A stretch of DNA of 64,000 nt from contig CM007992.1 of NCBI GenBank assembly GCA_002189035.1, positions 620,001-684,000 of the forward strand. Reading direction: 5' to 3'. This document shows, piece by piece, positions 1 to 15,185 of the stretch (position 1 is its first letter; each line of letters begins with the position of its first letter). The notes beneath the pieces were generated by a model. The model saw only the letters and a list, made by a program, of their open reading frames with translations, did no database searches and was not told the DNA's origin. The DNA is from Utricularia gibba (Eukaryota > Plantae > Magnoliophyta). Made by a program: the position numbers and the translations under genes.

Positions 1-128
1 TATACATACGATAATTATTTTTTTTCAAATACTATCTGATCAATTAAAATTTTGTAATTCACTATAATGCACAAAGACTTGGATAAATAATAGTTTCGTA
101 TTGCTATGCAAAGCCTATGTAACCATTA

Positions 129-416
129 GAGTATCTCCAACGGTTTCCTCGAAAGTCTACATGGCACTTCCATTTGGTTTATTAGATTTCTGGAAATCAT
201 TATGTAGATGTAGTTTTGTTTTCAGATTTCCACTTCCATAATGGAAATGGAAATTCTATTAAAATGGGCATAAAAAAGATGACAACTCAGATTTTTAGAA
301 ATGATTTATGTTACGAAAATGATTGTAAATAACATGTAAATTTAATAACTAGATTTTCGGAAATATAGTAAAAATGATATGACACTCCAGATTTCCGAAA
401 ACCATTGGAGATGCTA
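129..416. mobile_element. Tourist-like (PIF/Harbinger) MITE, 288 bp
   Basis: Left end GAGTATCTCCAACGGTTT and right end AAACCATTGGAGATGCTA are imperfect inverted repeats of the GAGCATCTCCAA type. TTA flanks both sides (126-128, 417-419). No coding capacity. Confidence 0.75.
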
Positions 417-1646
417 TTAGAGAGTTGTTATGCAGAATTACTGCATTGGATGAATAGTTGTAGTTTATAATGTTTATGATGTAGTAGGAGTTGTTGTATA
501 GAATTTCATATAAATTAATATTTTTAAGAAATATAAAAGGTTTTTATTCCACAAAGTCTGGCTTGAAGAGAAAATTATAAATTTGAAAATACGACATAAA
601 TAAATACGGTGAGGGTTGGACACTCATACTCGTCAATGCATTGGCTATGTATCCCATGCCACATATAGCGTTGTGGGTGCATGTAGTGGCTTCAATGCTT
701 AGCGCCCTACTCTAATTCTTAGGGCTTTACATTACGCCCTTGTCCATGGCTGCGGTCGACTCCAGGGAAGAAAAATAGCCTACAAAACAATTACAACCAA
801 TGAAACTCAGTCAACCACAACCCGGGGGGTTACTATCTTCTCCTGGGATATGCCTCTATTTGGTATATTCATCTTTCAAAAAGTAGAAATTACGATTTCT
901 ATACACTTACAAAATAAAAATAGAGAAATTTCTCGTATTTGATATACTAATTAGAAGTAGAAATTGTTTTCACATACATCCAGAATGAGTTATTTAAGAT
1001 GAGCACCAAAAATTTATTTAGTTTCATTACCCATTCAAATGAAATGAATCGCTTGATAAATATTTTATGCATATGTTATGTAAACATAATTTACTGAAGT
1101 AATTTTATTTAATTTTTAAAGATTATAATTTTTTACCGTTTTACAGTAAAATCAAAAATTCAAATTTTGTGTTTGATTTCAAAAATTATTGAATTTCTAT
1201 TTCATTCACTAAATAATTGAATAATTATTTTTTATTTAATTTAAAATACATTTATATTATAAAATTAAATTATATGATATATTTTTATTTTATTAAATTT
1301 TATAATAATTTATATTAAACTGATTCTATTCATACAATCTCAATCTTAATTCTATTCTAATAATTTGAATCACATATTCAAAATACACATTAATTTACCT
1401 GTTTTTTTCTCAAAGCTTTTAAATCATTTAAAACCACAATTTACCCCATTTTATTTACTTACAAGTTACAACAAACAAGGTAGTAGTGAAGGAAGGATTG
1501 ATTAATTTGAAATGAATGATTGATTAATGCAGAGGAAGTCAATAATTGTCCAACCCATGACTAGGTAGACCTGCTGCATTATGCAAATTGGCATTCATTA
1601 CTAAGACAAAATTTGAACCACGTCCCATTTAATGACGACCGGGTGG

Positions 1647-1666
1647 CCCTAACCCTAACCCTAACC
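1647..1666 (+). repeat. Short interstitial (CCCTAA)3 telomere-like repeat
   Basis: CCCTAACCCTAACCCTAACC read directly. Confidence 0.7.
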
Positions 1667-2984
1667 ATCCACAACTAATCCCTCCTTTCATGCTCTTTCT
1701 TTTTTTTTTCTATCAAACATAATATTATTTTAAATATACGAGTTTTAGTTCTCATTTTTTAAATATATATTTGTAAAATTTATGTATCCAATATAGTTTC
1801 AATTATATCATATGATACGTATTTATCGTATCGAAAATGGAGGGTATAATTTGGTATGCGATGTATGGTTCCAATGTGCATCTACGGGGACCTTATAATA
1901 TGAAACGTATGGTTAGTGGATCAATAATGGCATTGAATTAGGGACTATTATTTGAAATAAATCAACAGCTGGCTCGCTCCTAAGTCGAGTTTACTTCATA
2001 AGAAAATAATAATAATATTTTATTATTATTATTCTGTGTTGTTGGAATAACCAGATGTACTTGCAAGTATTAATTGGTTGTCCTTTTATATTACATATAT
2101 ATTTATCATAAATTATTTTTATATTATAATAAATGGTACCCTAAGTCGGCCGGCCTACCCTATCGTCCCCCCTCCCCACCCCCCCCCATCATATAAAAGT
2201 TTTTAAAATACTAGATATTGATAGTTTTTTAAATTAATATTAAGATAATTTTTTTTCAAGTTTATCGAAAACTCATATCCAACCCATCATTTTACTATTG
2301 TGTTTGTGGCTCATGAACTATCCGAAAACCCGAAATGATCTATCCGCATCACGAAAAATGCTTGAAGTGTATAGTATCATAAGATCATGTTAGTTTAGGG
2401 TATAGTTTCGATGAATACAGGTGCACCCTGTAACATCTATGTATCATACAATGTATACCACTTATTGACTTGAGCTTATTATTGGTGTAGTGATTTATGG
2501 GTTTTCACCTAAAAAAACACATGAAATGATTCCAATGTGCTCCCAAAGTTGGTGCCTTTATTGCATGGGCATCAATGTGTCTACTCATTTGAATTGGTTT
2601 TGGGTCAACTTGTTCACTATGGCTAAATTTCAAGTAAACTTTACTCAAATGCAAATTCATAAAACCTTAATATGAAAATTGTAAAACCCTAAACTCTACA
2701 CCCTAAATAGGTGCATGAGGTTAATTTGGGATTTGTGGGTGAAATTGAAAAGGAATGTGAAAGTTGAACTCTTTGGATTAGGCTTTCATTTCAAAAAATT
2801 CTGGTGTCCATAAGGTCATTAATTAATAATAAACTTAGGACCATATAAACCCAGAGCTAGTCTCATTTGGTCAAAAGGGACCCTTCAATTGTGTCTTCCT
2901 CTCATCTTCTTCTTCTTCTTCTTGGTGGTGTCTTTTCTGGTTTATTCCGTTGCTTTTGTCTGAATCCAATCCAAAATCTCTGCC

Positions 2985-3884
2985 ATGAACTTGTTGGAAA
3001 CCGGCGGAGGGGAAGGTCCGGCCGCCGCCGACGACAAGGCGAAAGAGCACATGTTTGATAAAGTGGTGACGCCGAGCGACGTCGGGAAGCTCAACCGTTT
3101 GGTGATTCCTAAACAGTACGCGGAAAAGTATTTTCCTTTGGATTCGAGCACGAACGAGAAGGGGCTTCTTCTCAGCTTCGAAGATCGGAACGGGAAGCCA
3201 TGGCATTTCCGGTACTCCTACTGGAACAGCAGCCAGAGCTACGTGATGACGAAGGGGTGGAGCAGGTTCGTGAAGGAGAAGAAGCTGGACGCCGGCGACA
3301 TTGTTTCGTTTCATCGCGGAGTCGGGGTTTTGAAGGATCGTCTGTTCATTGACTGGCGGCGCCGCCTCGAGATTCCGCCGCCGATGACTCACCATTTCTC
3401 CTTCCTCCATCGCGCCGCCCATTCTCACGTCCACCCCTGGAGCCCCCTTCTGCTGGAGCCCTCGCCCCGATCCCACTTCAAGCACCTTTACTACAACCCG
3501 TGTTTATTCGACGGTAATTTTACTTCAAAACCTTCTCTTTAACCTAAGAAAAGAAAAATGAATCATCCTCTTTCTCCGCCCTCCAGGTTACAGCAATGCT
3601 GTTGCAAAGGCGAATCCCAACCGGCGGCGCCGAAAGAAACGGTGGTCCAATCGGCTCCGATGGGCAACGCAAATGCCGCCGTCAAGAGGCTGCGGCTCTT
3701 CGGAGTAACGATGGATTGCGCAAAATCGGAGGAATGCGGTGGGATATTCGTCCTTTCTGGAGGCACCCCCTCCGCCTCCACCCCCTCCGACGATCGACAC
3801 ATTCAACCGAACCGGCAACCCGACACAGACGCAAAGGGCAAGAGCTGCTCCACAACATCCATGTCACTGGACTTGGAGATATGA
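2985..3884 (+). CDS. NGA: NGATHA/RAV-family B3 domain transcription factor (no AP2 domain) with RLFGV repression motif; probable intron 3514-3586 and an inferred 1-base gap near 3616-3618
   Basis: B3 domain [32 protein letters not shown]...[23 protein letters not shown]...LFIDWRRR. Downstream KRLRLFGV and C-terminal SLDLEI. GTAATT donor and CTCCAG acceptor; the frame is restored by one extra C. Confidence 0.85.
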
Positions 3885-6800
3885 GAAGGAAGCTAGAGCT
3901 ACGACACGCCCGCCGCACTAAACCTCTGCTGCGTCTGGTCCGGTAGACAGATTCTTTGAAAACGAAGATGGGAGGGATGCATCCATTTCTGTGCACATTA
4001 TTTTATGCAAAATAATTGCTTGTCTGTAAGAAGAAGGAAGTTGTGCTTTCCAGTCTGACAACTGGAATTCCTCGTAGATGGTGACAGGATCATTTGGGTT
4101 GTTGTACATCCGAAGCAGCAGGACCATGGCGATTCCAAGGTCAAATCCCCACTCTTATAGCTAATTAACTGTAATTTATTGCTGATTAATGACCCTTTAT
4201 AGTGTTGTGAGACGCCCCATGTCCTCCAAAACCCTAAAACTGAGAAAAAAAACACACACCTGATACACAGCTTTAACAGAAGGAAATCTGAAATGCTTCC
4301 GCAGCTGACATGGGAGAAGGAAAGGAGACGAAGCAATGGGCTGCCTAATGCCTCAAGGCCCAGCCCAAGTCATAAATGAAGCCCACATCGCTCCTTAGAA
4401 AAAGCGGATCCAATGGGCCGACATACTCCTTTTATTATTATTAAGATTTACCCAAAATAGTATATTCAATTAAAATAATAATAATTATAATACACTATTT
4501 ACCCAATTTGTTGATTTAATTTTTGTGAATTCTAATCTTTATCTGTTTTGTATTAAAATTAGAAATTCTGATTTTGAAATTAATTTTAAAAATTAATAAA
4601 TATCTTGAATATATGTTTCAATTAAATAATACATTAATTAGAAAATACTATACATTTTATATACTTTCAAAATATATACAACATCACATTAACTTCTATA
4701 ATAATTTAATCTATTGAATTTTACAATATGTAATTTAAAATACTAAAGTCTATAATATAATTTTATGCTGTTTCATACAATAGTTTTACAATTTCAAAAT
4801 TGATTCTATTTTACATAATACGAAGCACGATTTCAAACTACAGAACAAGTAATATTTTTTATTTTTTTTTTAGTTGAAAATTTTCTTTTCGATACCAAAT
4901 ATTTCTTTCAAAAGAATTCTTATAAAAATGGCATTAGAGAGGGGTGTCTGGTCTCCACCTATGGTAGCCTCCAGTCGCAGTCGTGCCACTAACTCGGGGG
5001 GCGTATGGGACTCGTGGCGATGTGTCCGCCTTTTGACCGGGTCGCAACGCGACACGGCACGTGTCCGCAATAATTCCAGCCCCTCTTTGTTGTTGGATTG
5101 TGTTTGACATGAGGTGCATGTTCCTCCTTATCTCGGCACATGCTTCAACACTTCCTTACCAACATTCCAGAGGTTCACACTTGGGAACCGGAGTCACATC
5201 CAAAATCAGATCCGAGGGTAGTTCCGTCTTTTACATGTGTTTTTTTGGAGTTATTTACAAAATTTTCATTATACCATATCTATCACAAAGAGGTGAAGGA
5301 TCTTCTAAATGATACCAGTTTGAAGCTTCATCTATTAGACCATTTTTGTTAGATGATTATAAATTTATATGGTTTAGATTAAACTAATTTTCAGAAGATG
5401 GTTTATTCTGAATCATGTGTTTGATAGATAGATCACAATTATATGCAATTAGTAACTTTATATGTTTGTTAGAAATGTTTAACATATTATGAAGATTTTG
5501 AGATATAATTTTATATTAAAAGTCTAATTCAGCAGATTTGGGATTTGGAAACCTTATAGATACGGAAATCTCTTGTGATGTTGACATCAATTTTCATCAA
5601 AATACCATAATTTGGACTCACTCATCGTAGATTTGTGAAAACTTGATACACAATGTAGAAATTGATAAAAATACAAAAATATATACACTAAATTTGCCTC
5701 TTTATGAAAGATTGCATATTAGCTCATAAAAAACTTAACAAAATCCATCTTTACATATAGGTTTTATTAAATCCTGACATATAGGTTTGTAAGAGAATAC
5801 TATAATCTCATGTGTTTAGCTAAACCAACATAATAAACACAAGCATCAGTTTTTACCAATGGAATGAATGAGTTATATCTCACTAACAGGCGGTTGTCTC
5901 AGGGTATCAGTTTGATGTTTGAGCTCCTTAAAAATCCCAAATGGGATAAGTGCTGTGCTGATTAGGGTATCGGGCCCTCATGCCAAACTGGTATTATTTC
6001 TCGTTAGAATACAAAAAATGAAAGTGAACAGAGCAGGCAGCTTTATGGGTGTCCTTGTCGGGTAGCAACTGGTTGTACTTGTCGTTCCATATGGAGGTGG
6101 GCGCCAGCCACTTTGGCATCATGACACGGGAGCCAACCCTAGGACCACAGCCACTGACCTGGGGCTGCTCGCTGCTCATCTATTGGTAAACCTCAAAGAT
6201 TCACATCTTTCTGCTCATACGGATCCCTCCAGACCCAAACTTCAATCAGTAATCTGAGTGAAAAAAACAAAGTTTTCCGGTTAAGAAAGAGGGGTTGGAT
6301 CATTTGAGAAATGCTGAAAGATCAGCTTCAATTCTTCTTATCAACTGTGCTGGTAGTTACACAAAGCATCTGCTACTTCCACAGAGCAGTTATACTCAAA
6401 AGTAGTGCACAAACAGCCCCCTAACTTTTATTGATGGTGAGCATGATTGTGGTGATCAAAAGGGACTCTTGTGGATTTTGGGTGAAGGGATTTGTCAGAT
6501 TAAGGAAGTTTAGCATCAAAGTTTTTAGGGTTGCATGGCGTGGATAGCTGATCTTCAAAATCAGTAAACTATGTCATGTCCATAAAATACGTTGCTTGCT
6601 TATGGATGATCCTCTGTTAAACATACTTTTGAATAAGGGTTTTCAAGCTGTATACCGATCTCTGCTTTTAAGCGTCATCTGGTTTGGAAGTTTAATGCTG
6701 ATGAAGTGTCGTGAGAATGATATAAAGCTCAGAATGCATTTAGAATCACATGCAGCGAGTGGTGAAGGGTATGGGAACTTGTGAGTAGTCGAGAACTGTG

Positions 6801-7044
6801 CTCCACTCAAATAATACTTTATTGTTTCTTCTTCTTCTGCATCTGGACATTATAGACAATTCAGCCACAGGGACACATACGGGTGCGTGTGATAGAAATC
6901 CTGTAATAAAAAAATGAGTGGTGTGGTGGTGCAGGGTGCAGGGCTGATAAGAGATAAGCCCGCATTTACTCTTATCGTCACATGCAGATTCTGGATTCTT
7001 CCCACTCTGGTTGATTTATTGTACACTAGGTGCTTTTTTTTTTC

Positions 7045-7051
7045 TATATAA
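7045..7051 (+). promoter_or_regulatory. Candidate TATA box of the pri-MIR156 transcript
   Basis: TATATAA about 300 nt upstream of the mature miRNA, after a pyrimidine tract. Position only; no TSS data. Confidence 0.45.
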
Positions 7052-7339
7052 GGGGCCATGTTCTTCACACCAACACTTGCAAGATCTCTCCCATCTTTCT
7101 TAATGTAACCGTACAGAAGAAAGATCCTTTTATGGAAAATGTTTGCATTCTCTCTTCAGTTTTACTGTGTCTGGGTGTACTTTTTTTTCTTATCCATTTA
7201 AAGGGCCATTTTGTTCACTTGCAAGATCGGATCGTCCCTAATGTAACAGTTGAAAAGCAGACCTTTTTTACCGGAATGATTCTGAATCCAGGGATTCTTT
7301 ACACATTTAGGGTTTCTTTGTGCAGATCTAATTTGGGGT

Positions 7340-7430
7340 TGAGGTGACAGAAGAGAGTGAGCACAAATGGTGTTTTCTTGCACGTTTGGTGCTTGAAGCT
7401 ATGTGTGCTTACTCTCTATCTGTCACCCAC
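7340..7430 (+). ncRNA. MIR156: MIR156 precursor hairpin (mature 7345-7364, star arm about 7405-7427)
   Basis: Exact mature miR156 TGACAGAAGAGAGTGAGCAC at 7345-7364. Complementary arm GTGCTTACTCTCTATCTGTCACC lies about 40 nt downstream. Confidence 0.97.
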
Positions 7431-8889
7431 TACTCTCTGGTACGGCTGTTTTTCACCTGTGGAATACCGGAATTAACTTACTTGTAGATCTGCGGTCTGG
7501 GTTTGGTTTCACAGGATGAAAGATGGCTTCTTGTAGCGTGACTGCTACAAGATATTCAGATTTGCGGGTGTTGGGCGTTCTAGCTTCATACTTTGTTGTG
7601 AGATCTCGGAGTTTAACCTTCATCAAAACTGATTTCTTGCTTGCTTTAACACAAGATCAAATATGTGTTTGTTATATGAACAATATTTACCTCAGGATCT
7701 TGAAATTTCTGGGATCTGCAGACTGCTTTTGGTGGTTTCATCCCTTCTCCAGTCTTGCAAGTTGCCCACCAACCGCACTTCTCTCTCGTGACTCCCACAC
7801 TACAAAACTCCACAGGTCCATTTTCTGCTCTCTGCTCTCTTTTGTTAGCCGCTACTCATTCTATCTTGCTGCTCCTTACAGCATCCATTGTTCGATGCAG
7901 CAAAATCAAGGGATCTGTGTTCCAAGATCAGGCTCTCGCCCAATGCAACACATTGACTCATCTGCACCCACTTTTTGTGGGTGGATTCGCACTTTTTCCT
8001 GCTACATCTGAAAGTTGATCGGGATGTGAATGACTTTTACGAAAGACCCACACCACTCACTAATCCCATCCTCAATTCCAAACACAAACCCCAAAACCCC
8101 AGATTGAGGCCAGGTTCATGAAGCGTATGCCCTGGTAGGGTTTGTCTGATCACTCACTGTCACTGTGCAGTGCGCACTCATCCCCCTCATGTAATTATGG
8201 AATTCTACTCTGCAGTGAGTGCTGAAAAAGCAGCAAAATTTCATATTTTTCTCATTGTTTGGGCTAGGGTTTGGCTAAAACACATGCCCTTTTTTTACTT
8301 GAAATGAAATATGTTTAAATATATGAATCATATTAAAAAAGATTTAATTCAATTAATTACTAGTGATTCACAAACTTAACGACGAAATTTATTGTTCTAA
8401 TATTTCTGAGTGCTGATGATAACCAGACGACGTCGCGCTGATAACTGTAATCGCTACACAAGTGTGTCATTATTATTATAATAAAAAAACCATAAATTCG
8501 AGAAACACACATGCAGCAAAAGTCAAAATGATTTGGGGTATCGAAGAGAGTGGGGTCCACCATGATGTGGATAATTATTTTTAATTTTTTTTATATAATA
8601 TATACGTTTTTATTATTTTTTTACACGATTCATTTGGAAAGAAAGAGAATCTTACCGCGTTCAACGATGGCGGCTCGTTGTCAGATTCATACGACGACGT
8701 TTCACGCGGTCTTGTCTTTATTACCATTGAGAAATGGTAAGCCTTCGAAAGTTAAAAAAAAACCATGGTAATTAATTTGGTCACGCATTCATCTCTTGCA
8801 CTTCTAACACATAGATATTACTTAGTTTATTTTTATACAAAAAATACGAAAAATTAAAAAATAATACAAAATCATATCATAATTTGAAT

Positions 8890-8963
8890 AATAATTATAC
8901 TAATTTTATAACATAAATCACAATAATTATACTAATTATAATTTTATAATAATTATACTAATT
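8890..8963. repeat. Three copies of the 16-mer AATAATTATACTAATT
   Basis: Exact copies at 8890-8905, 8922-8937 and 8948-8963 in an AT-rich spacer. Confidence 0.6.
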
Positions 8964-9398
8964 TAATCATAGATTTCGATTAAATATTTATAATTTTTTT
9001 CATATATTTTAATTAAATCCTTTGAAACCTCGAAATTGAAGAAAAATTCAGAAACGCGGTGGCATTGTCGTGGTTTCTTTGGCTTGGTCTTGGTCAAAGG
9101 GAGAGACCCCACGGCGACCGCGGTGCACCGCTGGAACAGCGGCTTCCGGTGGCAAATTTGGTTTCGATTCACACGGTTGTTTTCCTTTTCTTCATCCCCC
9201 TGTACACAAAGGACCTGTTAATACAGGTGTTGCTATTTATTGCTGAAGCTGACCAAGAATTTTTTCAAATCTTTGTTCAAGGTTGACATTTGTGCACCGC
9301 TTTCCTTTCACACATTCCGTCGAACACTTTGACTGGATAGTGGGTATTTAAGACTGGAGGATCTGATTGTTGTGATTGAATTTCGTGTGAGTGTTGAG

Positions 9399-10836
9399 AT
9401 GAATTACAGTAAGAGGCGGAGGACCGAGGGCGAGGAAGATGGGTTTTTCGTTGAGGAGGGAGTGGGGAAGATGGGTTTAGGTGGGATCGTATCTCCTCTG
9501 TTGTTTCTTGAAGAAGAGGAAAAAGAGGGGGTTGAAGAAGCAGTGGAGGCACGCAGAGAGGAGATGCTTGAATTCCAGGAGAATCAGGGGAGGCGATTGC
9601 GAGCTATGATGGATTTCTATTCTGGGACTCAAGATTTCTACGAGGGTGATGTCGCGAGGAGAAGAAAGGTATCCGCGAATGGTTGTGCTGCTGGGATTGG
9701 AATAGCCTCTGGCTATGACGATGCAACCGCCGCTGCCGCCGGAAATGACGGAACTCCGACAGTGGCGCCGCAGCGGCGTTTGTGGGTCAAAAACAGGTCT
9801 AAAGATTGGTGGGATCAATGTAACAGTCCTGATTTTCCAGAGGAGGATTTCAGAAAGGCTTTCAGAATGGGGAAAGAAACATTCGACTTGATCTGCAAGG
9901 AGCTCACCTCCGTTATAGCCAAGGAAAACACTACGTTGCGAGACGCGGTTCCGGTCCGGCAACGGGTAGCCGTCTGCCTATGGCGGCTGGCTACCGGTGA
10001 GCCGCTCCGTATGGTGTCGAAGAAGTTTGGGTTAGGGATATCAACTTGCCATAAGCTCGTCCTCGAGGTCTGCTCTGCAATCAACGCAGTCTTGATGCCG
10101 AAGTATCTCCGATGGCCGGAAGAGGAGACTCTGAGGAAGATCACAGAGGAGTTCGAATCCACTTCAGGGATTCCTAACGTAGTCGGATCAATGTACACAA
10201 CCCATATACCCATAATCGCTCCAAAGATCAATGTGGCAGCCTATTTCAACAGAAGGCACACGGAAAGAAACCAGAAGACATCCTACTCCATTACCCTGCA
10301 AGGCGTCGTCGATCACAGAGGAGTCTTCACAGACGTCTGCATCGGCTACCCCGGCTCGATGCCGGACGATAAGGTCCTGGAAAACTCCACACTCTTCCAC
10401 AGAGCAAATGCTGGATTCTACCAGGGAGTGTGGATTGTGGGAACCTCAGGGCACCCCCTGATGGACTGGGTTCTCCCCCGTACACGCAGTCTAACCTGAC
10501 ATGGACCCAACACGCCTTCAACGAACGCATCGGGGAGATCCGCCGGACCGCAAAGGATTCTTTTTCGCGGCTAAAAGGGCGGTGGGGTGCCTCCAGAAGA
10601 GAACCGAAGTGAAGCTCCAGGACTTGCCGGTGGTTCTCGGAGCATGCTGTGTGCTGCACAACATCTGCGAGATGAGAAACGAGCGCCTGGAGCCCGAGCA
10701 CGAGTTCGAAATCTTTGACGATGAGATGGTTCCGGAGATCAGTCTGCGATCGCTGAATGCAGTGAGAGCCAGGGATGCCATTGCTCACAATCTGCTGCAT
10801 CATAACCTCGCAGGGGCATCGTTTCTTCTTCATTAG
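9399..10836 (+). CDS. Domesticated Harbinger transposase-derived nuclease (HARBI1/ALP1-like, DDE_Tnp_4 family), intronless; two inferred 1-base gaps (about 10475-10479 and 10584-10587)
   Basis: RRLWVKNRSKDWWD...AFRMGKETFDLIC...VRQRVAVCLWRLATGEPLRMVSKKFGLGISTCHKLV...SYSITLQGVVD...FTDVCIGYPGSMPDDKVLENS...PYTQSNLTWTQHAFNE...LQKRTEVKLQDLPVVLGACCVLHNICEM across three consecutive frames. No TIRs nearby. Confidence 0.9.
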
Positions 10837-11369
10837 GCGTACGGAATCATAGACTTGGTTTCTTTTAGTTTTTCTGGTACTTTTCCTTGACAATTGTAAA
10901 AATAATACTAATAACTATTTAAATTCTTAATTTTTTTTATCAGTTTTTTATTTTAAAAAATAAATAATTAGATATATTTAATTTCAAACATCGGGAAATA
11001 GTTCATTTTTATATAATATTTTAAAATATTAAATAAATTAATTATACATTCATATTAATTTCTTTTGATTTATCGTATTTGTATCAATCAATAAAATTTT
11101 ATTTTTTAAATAATTCTAATAATAAGCATTCAATTTATTTTGAATATTTACCGTTCATTTAGTTTTAAATAATAAAAGTGAAGCATATAATATACAAGAT
11201 ATTTTTTTATTAGATTACTTGTGTAATATTATTTAAATTATTTTTTTATGTGAAATTTTGAAATTGATAGTTATTTTTTTGATTATTTTATGGGAGATTA
11301 ATTTTGATTTTACCGTCTTAATAAATAGTGGAATGGAACGGTTAACTCCACGGTGGTCCTGCGGTTCGT

Positions 11370-11431
11370 GGAGTCCACGTCATCAAGTTACTTCGTAAAA
11401 AAGGAAAAGGAGGAGTCCACATCATCACGTG
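11370..11431. promoter_or_regulatory. Duplicated bZIP-type element (GGAGTCCACGTCATCA / GGAGTCCACATCATCA) plus G-box upstream of the NDR kinase
   Basis: 16-bp direct repeat with one mismatch at 11370-11385 and 11412-11427. First copy contains CCACGTCA (TGACGTGG on the minus strand). CACGTG at 11426-11431. Confidence 0.5.
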
Positions 11432-11650
11432 GTGTAGCAACACCGGCCTGCAGGTGAACCCTTCGTGGCGAAGGACTCATACGACGCCGTATGGGGACTC
11501 CTGACCAAATCTGACCCCAATAAATACATATTCACACAATTTCAGGCAGGGCTATATAAATGCGAGCAACCGTTTTTGATACTTCACAGTTCCAGCGCAC
11601 CAGGATTTCGCGGAAATCCAGAGGAAAAGGAGAGAGCCGGAACAGGAGAG

Positions 11651-15185
<3,535 letters not shown>

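Noticed and set aside
2280-2810. Possible transposon remnant with AAACCCTAAA-like motifs
   Set aside because: No termini, TSD or coding remnant could be identified.
2871-3485. 204-aa minus-strand ORF, and similar long antisense ORFs (9477-9962, 10327-10893, 27857-28264, 34906-35328, 47416-47883)
   Set aside because: Shadow frames of GC-rich real genes on the opposite strand; no recognisable motifs.
4381-4390. GCCCACATCG resembling the snRNA/Pol III upstream sequence element (RTCCCACATCG)
   Set aside because: One mismatch, no correctly spaced TATA, and no snRNA-, 7SL-, MRP- or telomerase-RNA-like sequence downstream.
6113-6140. TGGCATCATGACACGGGAGCCAACC resembling a miR160 target or target mimic
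   Set aside because: Needs two insertions and has several mismatches against miRNA positions 1-4; it does not fit the 3-nt-bulge mimic rule.
9399-10836. Autonomous PIF/Harbinger transposon
   Set aside because: No TIRs or TSD, no Myb-like second ORF, catalytic residues substituted; better explained as a domesticated host gene.
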